From the NCBI GenBank assembly GCA_039586365.1, contig JBDHKN010000039.1, positions 1-42,380 on the forward strand: 42,380 nucleotides of DNA, read 5' to 3'. The notes below the pieces were generated by a model. That model had not been told where the DNA came from. It saw only the letters and a program-made list of their open reading frames with translations, and ran no database searches. Source of the DNA: Gemmatimonadota bacterium. GTDB taxonomy: Bacteria; Gemmatimonadota; Gemmatimonadetes; Gemmatimonadales; GWC2-71-9. Both the position numbers and the translations under genes were made by a program. This document shows, piece after piece, positions 27,607-37,654 of the stretch. The first letter of the stretch is position 1; every line of letters begins with the position of its first letter.

Positions 27607-27665
27607 TCGTCAATCGTCAATCGTCAATCGTCAATCGTCAATCGTCAATCGTCAATCGTCAATCG
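27607..27665. repeat. Perfect heptamer tandem repeat (TCGTCAA) x8
   Basis: Eight perfect units plus TCG, ending 12 bp before ATG 27678. Confidence 0.97.
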
Positions 27666-27677
27666 AAGGCGGCTCTC

Positions 27678-30600
27678 ATGAGTATCCGCTCAACTAGAGC
27701 AGGACTCGCCCTCCTTTTTGCAGGCGCCCTGTCTACCAGCGCCGACGTGGCAGCCCAGACACCAGACCGTGAGGTGCTTGCCCGAGCCGTGTCGGGTCTC
27801 AAGCTGCGCGGCATCGGCCCGGCCGTCATGGGGGGGCGCATCTCGGACATCGCCGTTAGCCCCGCGAGGCGCAGCACCTGGTATGTGGCTGTGGGATCCG
27901 GCGGGCTGTGGAAGACGACCAACGCGGGCATCACCTGGCAGCCGGTCTTCGACGAGCAGCCCTCCTACTCGATCGGTACCGTGGTCCTCGATCCGAGTAG
28001 TCCCGACGTCGTCTGGGTGGGGACCGGCGAGAACGTGAGTGGCCGGCACGTGGGTTGGGGAGACGGTGTGTATCGCAGTCGTGACGGCGGGCGATCCTGG
28101 CAACGTGTGGGGCTCGAGCGATCGCAACACATCGGGAAGATCCTCGTCGACCCGCGCGATGGGAATATCGTGTTCGTTGCAGCCGAGGGTCCTCTATGGT
28201 CGTCCGGCGGCCAGCGCGGTCTATACAAGACCACCGATGGTGGTGAGACGTGGACCGCAGTGCTCGAGATCGACGAAAACACGGGCGTTACCGACGTGGA
28301 GTTTGATCCTTCCGATCCTGACGTGTTGTACGCGGCTGCGTACCAGCGGCGGCGTCACATCTGGTCGCTACTCGCCGGTGGCCCCGAGTCGGGCATCTAC
28401 AAGTCAACCGATGGTGGTGCGAACTGGCGCCGGATCACGACAGGTCTCCCCGAAGGAGATATGGGGAAGATCGGGCTTGCTGTGACCCCCGCCGATCCGG
28501 ACGCGGTCTACGCCACCATCGAGGCGAACGACTCAGAGCGGGGTTTCTATCGGTCGCGGGATAAGGGCGAGAGTTGGCAGCGGCGCAACAGCTACATATC
28601 GGGCGGCACCGGTCCGCACTACTATCAGGAGATCGAAGCCTCGCCGCGGGATCCCGATCTAGTGTACCAGATGGACGTCTTCTTGCAGGTCACGCGCGAC
28701 GGAGGCGCGAGCTTTAGCAACCTGGGAACGGGAGCTGAGAAACACAGCGACAACCACGCATTTTGGATTGACCCCGACGATGGGAATCACCTCCTGGCGG
28801 GAACCGACGCCGGTCTGTACGAGACGTTCGACGAGGGCACGACGTGGCGCCATTTTCCGAACCTCCCGGTGTCCCAGTTCTACAAGCTCGCCTTGGACAA
28901 CTCGGAGCCGTTTTACAATATCCTGGGCGGAGCCCAAGACTTGGGAACGCTATTCGGGCCTGCACGCACGATGAACGCGGAGGGCGTGCGGAACCGCGAC
29001 TGGTATGTCCCTATGGGTTCCGATGGCTATGGCGTGGCGTTCGATCCGGAGAACCCGCACACCATGTACCTGGAGACCCAGCAAGGGAACCTGTACCGCT
29101 ACGACCGCCGCAGTGAAGAAGCGCTGGACATCCAACCTCAGCCCGCCCCCGGCGACCCACCGGAGCGCTGGAATTGGGACGCGCCGATCCTCGTCAGCCC
29201 CCATGCCTCGAACCGTCTCTACTTTGGTTCGCAGCGGCTGTGGCGCAGCGACGATAGGGGCGATTCCTGGACGGCGCTGAGCGACGACCTCACGCGCGAC
29301 CGCAACCGTTACGAGTTGGAGCTGATGGGGCGCGTGTGGAGCGTGGACGCGCTGTACGACAATGGGGCGATGTCCAAGTATGCCACCATCACAGCGATCA
29401 CGGAGTCCCCCATCGCAGAAGGCGTGCTCTACGTCGGAACCGATGACGGGCTGATCCAGACTAGCGAGGATGGTGGCAGGAACTGGAGGATGGCTGCCGT
29501 TCTCCCCGGGGTGCCGGAGTTCTCCTATATCAACGATGTCGAAGCATCGCAGCACGACCCCAACACGGTCTTCGCCGTCGCGGACGCGCACAAGATTGGC
29601 GACTTCACCCCCTACGTGTTCGCCAGCACTGACCGCGGCGGCACTTGGCGCTCGATCGCCGGCGACATTCCCGCCGGCACCATCGTGTGGGCGCTGCAGC
29701 AGGACTACGAGAACCCGAATCTTCTGTTCCTAGGAACGGAGTTCGGGATCTATTTCACCCCGAACGGGGGAACGAACTGGCTCGAACTGGGCGGCGGTGT
29801 CCCGACCATCGCATTTCGCGATATCAAGATCCATCGGAGGGATGAGGATCTGGTCGGCGCCACGTTCGGTCGGGGGTTCTACGTGCTGGACGATTACACG
29901 CCGCTGCGTGAGATCGCTGCTGGAGCGCTGGAGCGCGGCAGTGTCCTCTTCCCGGTGCGCGACGCTTGGTGGTACATCCCCTACGTTCCTATGCAGGCAC
30001 GGGGCAAACCAACCCTCGGCAGCACGGACTACACGGCCCCCAACCCACCGTTCGGGGTCACGTTCACATACTATCTCGACGAGGTCCCCGCGACCGAGCG
30101 GGCGGACCGTCTCCGCACCGAGCGGGAGCTCAGGGGGCGGGGCGACGACGTGCCGTTCCCCGGCTGGGACAGACTGAGACGGGAAGCCACTGAGGATGTG
30201 CCCCGTGTGCTACTCATGGTACGTGACGACCAGGGCCAGCCCGTGCGCTGGGTCGAAGGGCCGGCACAGGTGGGTCTGCACCGGGTGAGCTGGGACCTGC
30301 GCCGCCCGCCACCAGACCCGGTGGAACTTGTTACGCCCGGGTTCACGCCACCCTGGGCAGAACCTCCCCAGGGCCCGCTGGTCGGGCCTGGGCAATACAG
30401 CGTCGAGCTGGTCCTGCTCTCGAGTGCTGGCGTGCAATCGTTGGGGATCCAGCAACAGTTCGCGGTGCGGCCCGTACCAGCGGCAACCGGCACGGATTTC
30501 GGCGCGGTGGCCGCGTTCCAGCTGGAGGCGAGTGAGCTGATGCGGCTCGTGGCGGGTGCCGGCGAAGAAATCGGCCGGGCGGCGGAGCGGCTCCGTCACA

Positions 30601-30965
30601 TGAGGGCGGCGCTGGTCGAGACGCCCCGAGCTGACCTGGCGCTGTTTGCTCGCGTGGCTGAACTCGAGACCACACTCGAAGGCCTACAGACCAGGCTCTC
30701 GGGAGATCGGATTCGGGGGCAGCTCGACGAGGCCACCGTGCCTTCGATCCGCGATCGAGTCGGGCGGATACTGGCGGGACACTGGAGTACCCGGCAGACG
30801 CCTACCGCAACCCAGCGGCGCAGTCTCGAGATCGCTCGTGACGGGTTCGCCGATCTGAGTCGGGACCTGTCGGCCGTAATCGCGGACGCCATACCGCGAT
30901 TGGAGGTGGATCTCGCAGCGGCTGGAGCGCCCTGGACGCCAGGTCGCCGACTTCAGCCAGGCTAG
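27678..30965 (+). CDS. Secreted VPS10/BNR (Asp-box) beta-propeller protein, annotated glycosyl hydrolase-like
   Basis: Signal peptide; LRGIGPAVMGGRISDI; many S/T-x-D-x-G-x-(T/S)-W Asp boxes; RWNWDAP; ATFGRGFYVLDD; helical C-terminus ending PWTPGR. Confidence 0.9.
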   Translation: MSIRSTRAGLALLFAGALSTSADVAAQTPDREVLARAVSGLKLRGIGPAVMGGRISDIAVSPARRSTWYVAVGSGGLWKTTNAGITWQPVFDEQPSYSIGTVVLDPSSPDVVWVGTGENVSGRHVGWGDGVYRSRDGGRSWQRVGLERSQHIGKILVDPRDGNIVFVAAEGPLWSSGGQRGLYKTTDGGETWTAVLEIDENTGVTDVEFDPSDPDVLYAAAYQRRRHIWSLLAGGPESGIYKSTDGGANWRRITTGLPEGDMGKIGLAVTPADPDAVYATIEANDSERGFYRSRDKGESWQRRNSYISGGTGPHYYQEIEASPRDPDLVYQMDVFLQVTRDGGASFSNLGTGAEKHSDNHAFWIDPDDGNHLLAGTDAGLYETFDEGTTWRHFPNLPVSQFYKLALDNSEPFYNILGGAQDLGTLFGPARTMNAEGVRNRDWYVPMGSDGYGVAFDPENPHTMYLETQQGNLYRYDRRSEEALDIQPQPAPGDPPERWNWDAPILVSPHASNRLYFGSQRLWRSDDRGDSWTALSDDLTRDRNRYELELMGRVWSVDALYDNGAMSKYATITAITESPIAEGVLYVGTDDGLIQTSEDGGRNWRMAAVLPGVPEFSYINDVEASQHDPNTVFAVADAHKIGDFTPYVFASTDRGGTWRSIAGDIPAGTIVWALQQDYENPNLLFLGTEFGIYFTPNGGTNWLELGGGVPTIAFRDIKIHRRDEDLVGATFGRGFYVLDDYTPLREIAAGALERGSVLFPVRDAWWYIPYVPMQARGKPTLGSTDYTAPNPPFGVTFTYYLDEVPATERADRLRTERELRGRGDDVPFPGWDRLRREATEDVPRVLLMVRDDQGQPVRWVEGPAQVGLHRVSWDLRRPPPDPVELVTPGFTPPWAEPPQGPLVGPGQYSVELVLLSSAGVQSLGIQQQFAVRPVPAATGTDFGAVAAFQLEASELMRLVAGAGEEIGRAAERLRHMRAALVETPRADLALFARVAELETTLEGLQTRLSGDRIRGQLDEATVPSIRDRVGRILAGHWSTRQTPTATQRRSLEIARDGFADLSRDLSAVIADAIPRLEVDLAAAGAPWTPGRRLQPG

Positions 30966-31110
30966 CGGTGTGTGTGGGTGCCGCGTGCGGGGTCGGCCTA
31001 GCTGGTCATTACTTCGGCCCGCGTCATCGCCTGCGCACAACGAGCTGAACAGGCGCAGTCCCTCTCAGCGCTGTTGATTCCTGCGAAGGATTGGGTGCCG
31101 CCACCGGAGT

Positions 31111-31944
31111 TCAGCGACTCTGCAGCCGTGCGATCCGCTGCTCCAGCGGAGGATGCGTGCTCATCAGCTTCAGCATGCCTTCGCCCCGAATTCCGAAGGC
31201 GGTCAGGTTGTCGGGTAGTTGGGAGGGTGCGTCTTTGAGGGCCCGGAGCCTAGCCAGCGCAGAGGCCATTGCAGTCGCGCTCTCGAGCTGTGCTCCACCT
31301 GCGTCAGCGCGAAACTCACGCCGGCGCGAGAACCAGGCAACGACGATGCTCGCCAGCACACCGAACGCGAGTTGTAACGCGATGTAGATCAGAAAGCGGC
31401 CGCGATCGAATTGGCTCGCGATGATCCGCGCGATGAACAGCACGAACGTGTTGAGTACGCCCTGAATGAGCGTGAGGGTGACCATATCTCCGTTGGCCAC
31501 ATGGGAGACCTCGTGGCCCAGCACCGCCTCGACCTCCTGCTTGCCCATCAGTCTCAGCAGCCCCGTGCTCACCGCCACGAGGGCGCTGTTGCGGAACATC
31601 CCGGTAGCAAACGCGTTCGGGTCCGGTGAGTCGAAGACCGCAACTTCGGGCATACCGATGCCGGCTTGTTGCGCTTGCCGCTGGACAGTGGCAACGAGCC
31701 AACTCTCAACGTCATTGGAGGGTTTTGTGATGACCCGGGCACCGGTTGAGCGTTTCGCTATCCATTTCGAAATCGCCAGCGAAAAGAACGAGCCACCGAA
31801 ACCGAATAGCGCACACCAGATCAGCAACTGAATGTACGGGGCGTTCGGGGGGATCACGCCAAGGGCGGTCAGCACCGCCATGGCGATGGCCGCCATCAGT
31901 AAGACGGCCACGTTTGTCGCTAGAAACAAGACTATTCTCAACAT
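31111..31944 (-). CDS. htpX: Zinc metalloprotease HtpX (M48)
   Basis: MLRIVLFLATN N-terminus, PNAFATG, HEVSHVANGDMVTLTLIQGV, FSRRREFRADAG, STHPPLEQRI. Confidence 0.95.
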   Translation of the reverse strand: MLRIVLFLATNVAVLLMAAIAMAVLTALGVIPPNAPYIQLLIWCALFGFGGSFFSLAISKWIAKRSTGARVITKPSNDVESWLVATVQRQAQQAGIGMPEVAVFDSPDPNAFATGMFRNSALVAVSTGLLRLMGKQEVEAVLGHEVSHVANGDMVTLTLIQGVLNTFVLFIARIIASQFDRGRFLIYIALQLAFGVLASIVVAWFSRRREFRADAGGAQLESATAMASALARLRALKDAPSQLPDNLTAFGIRGEGMLKLMSTHPPLEQRIARLQSR

Positions 31945-32090
31945 CAAACACTCTCCTGAGGAGCCGAAACCTAAAGTCCTGGCAATTCAGCGACAACAGC
32001 CCGTCGCGGCGGCTGGACCTCTTCCCATTTCCACTCCTCGGCCCGATCATAGACCAGCCAAGCCACGTAAATCCTGTCGGGAGTCTAGCG

Positions 32091-33671
32091 ATGCGACGAG
32101 ACCTGATCTTGCTGTTGATAGTGGGCTGCTGCGCCACTGATGCCTTTGCGCAAACAGAGAGTGCTGCCGGGGCATCCCCTCCTGCCCTGGTCACACCTAC
32201 CACCCTGGACCAGCCGATCCCCGCGACCAGCTTCGCTGGGTTCGACGAGTGGGTTCAGAGCATCATGGAGGAGTGGAACGTGCCAGGTGTCGCCGTTGGG
32301 GCGATCAAGGGTGGTGAGGTGGTGGTGCTCGAGGGGTATGGCTATCGCGATCTCGAAAACGAGCTGCCGGTTACCCCGCGCACCCTGATGGCGATTGGCT
32401 CGAACAGCAAATCGTTCACGGTGGTGCTCATGGGGCAACTCGTGGACAGTGGGCAGCTCGACTGGGACAAGCCGGTGCGTGACTTCCTCCCAAGCTTCCG
32501 GCTCCACGACGAGTACGCCACCAGTAACATGCGGGTACGTGACCTAGTGACCCACGTCTCCGGGCTGCCACGGCACGACCTCCTGTGGTACGGACGCAGC
32601 CTCGACAGGCAAGCGTTGTTCGATCGCCTGCAGTACCTCGAGCCTACGACGTCGTTCCGCGGGCGCTGGCAGTACCAGAACCTCATGTTCATGACTGCGG
32701 GATACCTCATTGAACAGATCACGGGGCAGTCGTGGGATACGCGCATCGACGAACGGATCTTCACACCCCTGGGTATGACCCGGTCGAATACATCTGTCTC
32801 GCTCATGCCACAGTCCGACGATTTCGCCTATCCCTACGTGTTGCGAGATGGCGAACTGACTCGGGTGCCGTTCCGCAACATCGATAACGTTGGTCCTGCC
32901 GGCTCTGTCAACTCCAGTGTAGAAGAGATGCTGGCCTACATGCAGTTGCACCTAGACAGCGGTGTTGTGGGCCGGGACACCGTCCTCTCCGAGCGCAACG
33001 CCGTGCTTATGCAGACTGCTCAGTCGGCCGTTGGGAGCCGCGACCAGTATGCCGAGATCGGTCCGGCAACGTACGGTCTCGGGCTTGGGGTCACTACGTA
33101 CCGGGGTCACAAACAGGTGAGCCATGGCGGTGGGATCGATGGATTTATCTCGGCGATGGGTTGGTTGCCCAACGACGGTATCGGCGTGATGGTGCTGAGC
33201 AACATGTCGGGTGAGACCAATCCGGTCCCCACCCTCATCCAGCGCCGCGTGTTCGATGAGCTCCTCGCGCTCGAGCCCATCGACTGGAATACTCGAGTCC
33301 GCAAGGACTACGAGGAGGAGCGGCAGCGGCTGGAGGAGGAACGCAAGCAGCGCAAAGCGGAACGGGTCGCCGGCACGTTACCCAGCCACGACCTGGCTGC
33401 GTATGCAGGAGCCTACGAGCATCCCGCCTACGGACGTATGGTAGTGACTGTGCTGGAAGACGCGCTGCAGGTCCGCTACGACCCGTTCGAGGTCGACCTT
33501 ACGCACTATCACTACGACGTATTCGAGATCAAGGATACCGAACCCGGTGTGCCACTCGAGGGTCGGGTGCAGTTCCTGATGGATACGGACGGGAAGATCG
33601 ACCGTCTGGCGGCGCTGCTCGAGCCGGCCCTTGATCCCATCGTGTTCCGCCGAGTGAAGGAGGAGGTATAG
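32091..33671 (+). CDS. Secreted serine hydrolase (beta-lactamase family) with C-terminal DUF3471-like domain
   Basis: Signal peptide; SNSK, YQN and HGG motifs; C-terminal YAGAYEHPAYG...L.HYHYDVF. Confidence 0.9.
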   Translation: MRRDLILLLIVGCCATDAFAQTESAAGASPPALVTPTTLDQPIPATSFAGFDEWVQSIMEEWNVPGVAVGAIKGGEVVVLEGYGYRDLENELPVTPRTLMAIGSNSKSFTVVLMGQLVDSGQLDWDKPVRDFLPSFRLHDEYATSNMRVRDLVTHVSGLPRHDLLWYGRSLDRQALFDRLQYLEPTTSFRGRWQYQNLMFMTAGYLIEQITGQSWDTRIDERIFTPLGMTRSNTSVSLMPQSDDFAYPYVLRDGELTRVPFRNIDNVGPAGSVNSSVEEMLAYMQLHLDSGVVGRDTVLSERNAVLMQTAQSAVGSRDQYAEIGPATYGLGLGVTTYRGHKQVSHGGGIDGFISAMGWLPNDGIGVMVLSNMSGETNPVPTLIQRRVFDELLALEPIDWNTRVRKDYEEERQRLEEERKQRKAERVAGTLPSHDLAAYAGAYEHPAYGRMVVTVLEDALQVRYDPFEVDLTHYHYDVFEIKDTEPGVPLEGRVQFLMDTDGKIDRLAALLEPALDPIVFRRVKEEV

Positions 33672-33738
33672 CAGCAGCGGGCGTCCCTCCCGCTGGGGGG
33701 CAAAACGGTTGCACGACAGAGAAGAAGGTGCTGCTCCT

Positions 33739-34278
33739 GTGAAGGTGCTTGAGACGGAACGACTGGTACTGCGTAGACTCAAAGTCGAAGATGCAGAGTT
33801 TGTGCTCGGGCTGTTGAACGAGCCGTCTTTCGTGCGGTTCATCGGAGACAGAGGTGTTAGGACTATCGCGGACGCGCGCGAGTACATCGTGAAAGGATCG
33901 ATCGACAGCTATGAACGTCGTGGCTTCGGGATGTACTTGACCGAGCTCAAGGAAGATCTGACCCCGCTTGGAATCTGCGGTCTGTTGCAGCGAAAGTCCT
34001 TACAGGACGTAGACCTTGGCTTCGCCTTCATGCCGCAGTTTTGGGCGCGGGGATACGCCTATGAGTCTGCGTCTGCTGTCATGGCATATGGCAAGACTGC
34101 TCTTGGGCTGAGCCGTATTGTTGCTGTGACCAGTCCCAACAATCACCGTTCCATTAGAGTCCTGGAGAGGCTAGGCATGAGATTCGAGCAGATGGTCAGG
34201 CTGTGTGAGGACGGTCCGGAGCTCGAGCTGTATGGCTGTGACTTCAAAGTCTCGGACGGAGCGCGGCAACCGCCGTGA
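33739..34278 (+). CDS. GNAT N-acetyltransferase, RimJ/RimL family
   Basis: LETERLVLR, FIGDRGVR, DLGFAF....WARGYAYE, N.RSIRVLERLG. Start GTG 33739, or TTG 33709. Confidence 0.9.
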   Translation: MKVLETERLVLRRLKVEDAEFVLGLLNEPSFVRFIGDRGVRTIADAREYIVKGSIDSYERRGFGMYLTELKEDLTPLGICGLLQRKSLQDVDLGFAFMPQFWARGYAYESASAVMAYGKTALGLSRIVAVTSPNNHRSIRVLERLGMRFEQMVRLCEDGPELELYGCDFKVSDGARQPP

Positions 34279-34361
34279 TGCGACGAATTACAGGCAGAGT
34301 GTTACTCTGTTCACCGGCAGGGACTGCTCTTATCGCACGCAACGGGGGAAAGGAGACGAGT

Positions 34362-35633
34362 ATGGGCCACCCGGTCGTAATATCTGTGAGGGAAAATCCA
34401 CCACAGGACAGGCACCCCAGCTGCACCCGCCGACGTGTGGCGTTTGGCATCATAGTGTCCCTCGTCCTGTCACTGCTCGTCCAGGCTCTCCAGTCGAATC
34501 TTCTTTGGGCTCAGACTCAGGATACAACCCTGACCACGGGTACCGCCGAAGAAGTAGGTCTGTCCGCGGCAGTGCTCCAAAGCGGCGTTCAGCTGTTTCA
34601 GGACGCCGTCGATAGAGGAGACCTGGTGGGAGCCGTGCTGCTGGTAGCCAAAGACGCCAAGGTGGTGCTGCTCGAGGCTGTGGGTTGGCGCAACAAGGGC
34701 CGCGGTCTCCCCATGGAGAAGAACACCATGTTCCGCATGGCATCCAACACCAAGCCGGTCATCGCCACGGCGGTGAGCATGCTGGTGGAAGCCGAGAAGC
34801 TCGGTTATGAGGACCCAGTGCGAAAGTACATCCCTAGTTTCGACAACTACCGTGCGGGTTTCATGCAGATCAAGCACCTGCTGAGTCATACCAGCGGTTT
34901 CCGCATCAACTCTCTGTTTCTCGAACCTCTGACGGAACCCTCCCCGACGCACCCTGACGCCCCGAACCTCCAGCTCGAGGTAGCCCGCTTCGGAGAGGTT
35001 GGTGCCGAGGTAGTCCCCGGCGCTTCGTTCGAGTACAGCAACCCCGGCTACAACACGCTGGGTGCCCTGATCGAGATCGCGGCAGCACAGAGCTTGGAGA
35101 GCTTCCTGGATGAGCGGATCTACGAGCCCCTGGGAATGGTGGACTCTTACAATCACGAGATCGCCGAGAAGTTGGATGGAAAGCTGGATCGAATGGGGGC
35201 GGTCTACTACCGGAAGCAGGGGGACGAGTGGATTCCGGGCTGGGAGCCTGGCGATCCACCGCAGGTGCCCTTCGTCAGGGCTTCCGGCGGCATGATCTCG
35301 ACGGCCTGGGACTACGCCATCTTCTGTCAGATGTTCCTGAACGGCGGAACCTACGGGGACGTACGGCTGCTGCAACCGGAGACGGTGCAGACCATGACGG
35401 CCCCGGCCTTCTCGCCGGTCGGCGCCGCGGAAGCATCCGAGCGCAGCTACGGGTATGGATGGTTCCTGGCTGAGGGCGGGATCTACTACCATGGCGGTTC
35501 CGACGGGACCTACGCGTGGGTGGATCCGGCGCACCGAGTCATCGGACTGGTCTTCACCCAAACGCCGCGCGGGCAAAACCCCCGGAATAAGTTCAGGGAG
35601 CTGGTAGGGGCGGCCATCCTCGAGCGAAACTAA
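34362..35633 (+). CDS. Serine hydrolase (beta-lactamase family)
   Basis: AAGGAG RBS before ATG 34362; hydrophobic N-terminal segment; MASNTK, LLSHTSG, YSN and HGG motifs. Confidence 0.9.
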   Translation: MGHPVVISVRENPPQDRHPSCTRRRVAFGIIVSLVLSLLVQALQSNLLWAQTQDTTLTTGTAEEVGLSAAVLQSGVQLFQDAVDRGDLVGAVLLVAKDAKVVLLEAVGWRNKGRGLPMEKNTMFRMASNTKPVIATAVSMLVEAEKLGYEDPVRKYIPSFDNYRAGFMQIKHLLSHTSGFRINSLFLEPLTEPSPTHPDAPNLQLEVARFGEVGAEVVPGASFEYSNPGYNTLGALIEIAAAQSLESFLDERIYEPLGMVDSYNHEIAEKLDGKLDRMGAVYYRKQGDEWIPGWEPGDPPQVPFVRASGGMISTAWDYAIFCQMFLNGGTYGDVRLLQPETVQTMTAPAFSPVGAAEASERSYGYGWFLAEGGIYYHGGSDGTYAWVDPAHRVIGLVFTQTPRGQNPRNKFRELVGAAILERN

Positions 35634-35972
35634 CAGCGGCGGCAGATGTCCGGGCCGCGTGGCTGCGGTCGGGGGCCACCCGCCATTTCGTTGGTACACA
35701 GAGCGCTACGACCGTACGCTCTTCTGCCTGCACGAAGCGGCGGGTCCTCGCGGCCCAAGGACCGCGATGTCCTCGACATTGTCGCACGGACGGATACCGG
35801 GGAGTAACGCTGCATAGGGTGTTGGATGGTCGCAGCGACGGGGGTGAGTTGATACCTCTAAACCGGCCGGGGTTAGCTGCAGAGGAAGACGTAGCTGACC
35901 ATACAGACAAATCCCGGCCCGCGACTGCCACGGACCGGGATCCCCTCCCAGAGTCTCGGTAGCCAGCTGAGG

Positions 35973-37364
35973 CTACCGCAGCTGGGGCTGTTGCGCCTGT
36001 AACAAGGTGCCCGTAGCGGCGTCGTACGAACTCGTCCGCACGACGACACCGGCCCGGGCGTCGTCTACGTAGTCCACCAGAACCACGTTGGGCTGATTGG
36101 CAGCGCGGCGGAGAATCCAAGCTCCTGCTGGCGCCGTTGCGGCAGTCCCGTTACAGCTGGCCGCTTTGGCTTGCCGCCCAACTGGCAACCCGGGTACCCA
36201 TACGCGGCATTGGCCTGGAGGCGGGAAGTGCCGGGCATCGATGCTGAGGGGGGGCTGCCCGTCGCTGTCCAGCGGAGTGTCGTCCGCCTCGTCCCTGCGA
36301 CCTGATCGATCCAGAGGATTTCTGCCGCGTGACTCTTCGGTCACGATCCCGCTCGTGCCGCTGGCCGAACCGACGTCGCTTGCGGTATCGGCCCGGACGG
36401 CCGAACTAGCCCGGTTCGGATCGCGAGACTTGTCGGCGGTGACTCTGGACCGGTTCTCTTCGTCTCGGTTGCCGGTGTTGCCCCCCACGGCGCGCCTATT
36501 GTCCGCAGTGTCGGGCTGGACCGTGGTGTCGACCCGGTTCTGACCGCGAGCTTGGTCGCCAGCGTTCCCCGAGCGGTTCTCGTCGCCCCGGCTGCCGGCG
36601 TTGCCACCAACCGTGCGCCTATTGCCGGTGGTGTCGGTCTGGACGGTGGTGTCGCCCCGGTTCTCATTGCGAGATTTGTCGCCGGCGTTTCCCGACCGGT
36701 TCTCGTCGCCGCGGTTGCCGGTGTCCCCTCCAACCGTGCGCCTATTGCCTGTGGTGTCGGCCTGGCCCGTAGCGTTACCCCGGTTCTCGTTGCGAGACTT
36801 GTCTCCCGCGTTCCCCGACCGGTTCTCGTCGCCCCGGTTGCCGGCGTTGCCCCGCCGGGTGCCTCGTGTGTCGTCGTTGGGACGGACGATAGGAGGCCGG
36901 TCGGCGGAGTACAGCGGTCCCATGTTGTCATCGTCCTCGCCGAGCGAGAGGTCTCGCAGGTACACTCCGGTCTCTGCGTCGTATGCCCGGACGGCGACAA
37001 TCACGCGCTCGCTCGGATGCAGGTAGCGCACGCGGAGCTGACGTTGGTATTGGGCCGGCCGGTACAGAATCCAGGATCCCACGGGCGCAGCTGCGAGAAT
37101 GCCGTGGCACGACCGCGCTCGAGCCTGACGGCCCGGCGGGGTACCTTCGATCCACACCCGGCACGAGCCGGGGGGCGGCAGATGGCCAGGGGGGATCCGT
37201 AGGTTCGCGGCGGTGACCTGAACCGGAGGCCGGTTCTGAGGCGGTGGCTCGGGTCGGGAGGCCTGAGGAGCGACCTCCGGCTGTTCTGCTTCCCGAACGA
37301 CTACCGTGCAGGCGCTCGCAACGAGGCATGCGAGGCCGATGGTGGCGATACGTGAGATCGACAT
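35973..37364 (-). CDS. Lipoprotein with two PPG-x-CRVW domains separated by a low-complexity repeat linker
   Basis: AGGAGG RBS; ASAC lipobox; domains IPPGHLPPPGSCRVW...YDAETG and HFPPPGQCRVW...YDAATG. Confidence 0.8.
   Translation of the reverse strand: MSISRIATIGLACLVASACTVVVREAEQPEVAPQASRPEPPPQNRPPVQVTAANLRIPPGHLPPPGSCRVWIEGTPPGRQARARSCHGILAAAPVGSWILYRPAQYQRQLRVRYLHPSERVIVAVRAYDAETGVYLRDLSLGEDDDNMGPLYSADRPPIVRPNDDTRGTRRGNAGNRGDENRSGNAGDKSRNENRGNATGQADTTGNRRTVGGDTGNRGDENRSGNAGDKSRNENRGDTTVQTDTTGNRRTVGGNAGSRGDENRSGNAGDQARGQNRVDTTVQPDTADNRRAVGGNTGNRDEENRSRVTADKSRDPNRASSAVRADTASDVGSASGTSGIVTEESRGRNPLDRSGRRDEADDTPLDSDGQPPLSIDARHFPPPGQCRVWVPGLPVGRQAKAASCNGTAATAPAGAWILRRAANQPNVVLVDYVDDARAGVVVRTSSYDAATGTLLQAQQPQLR
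36360..36851 (-). repeat. Four intragenic 123-bp (41-aa) repeats
   Basis: Unit GNAGNRGDENRSGNAGDKSRNENRGNATGQADTTGNRRTVG and three progressively diverged copies. Confidence 0.9.
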
Positions 37365-37654
37365 CCTGATCCCTCCTGGAATAGCAGGTCAGCAAGCACG
37401 TTACGGTGCCCACGCCACCCTATCTGTGCGTCAAGTCACAGGCACGGTTTTGACAGCCACGCCGAGTCGGCGACGCCAAGCCTGGATGGAAATCAAGTGA
37501 GCGGTGGGCGCCCTCGCGCTCGAGCTGCCAGCGGTGCAACTGCAAAGGGGGACATTTGAATCGATAGTAGAGCGATCGAGACGGGGCCAGGTCCGTTGGA
37601 CTCCACGGGCACCCGGCGTATACTTACCGATCCACCACCTTGCGGAGAAGATCC

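Noticed and set aside
27576..27677. N-terminal IVNRQSS repeats on the propeller protein, and similar long 5' extensions at 3100, 19900, 26326, 27491 and 31746
   Set aside because: Downstream ATGs give proper signal peptides, family-typical N-termini or RBSs; the extensions are translated intergenic DNA.
32091..35633. Beta-lactam resistance genes
   Set aside because: SxxK/YxN/HGG proteins of this type are general serine hydrolases or peptidases; nothing specifically indicates beta-lactamase activity.
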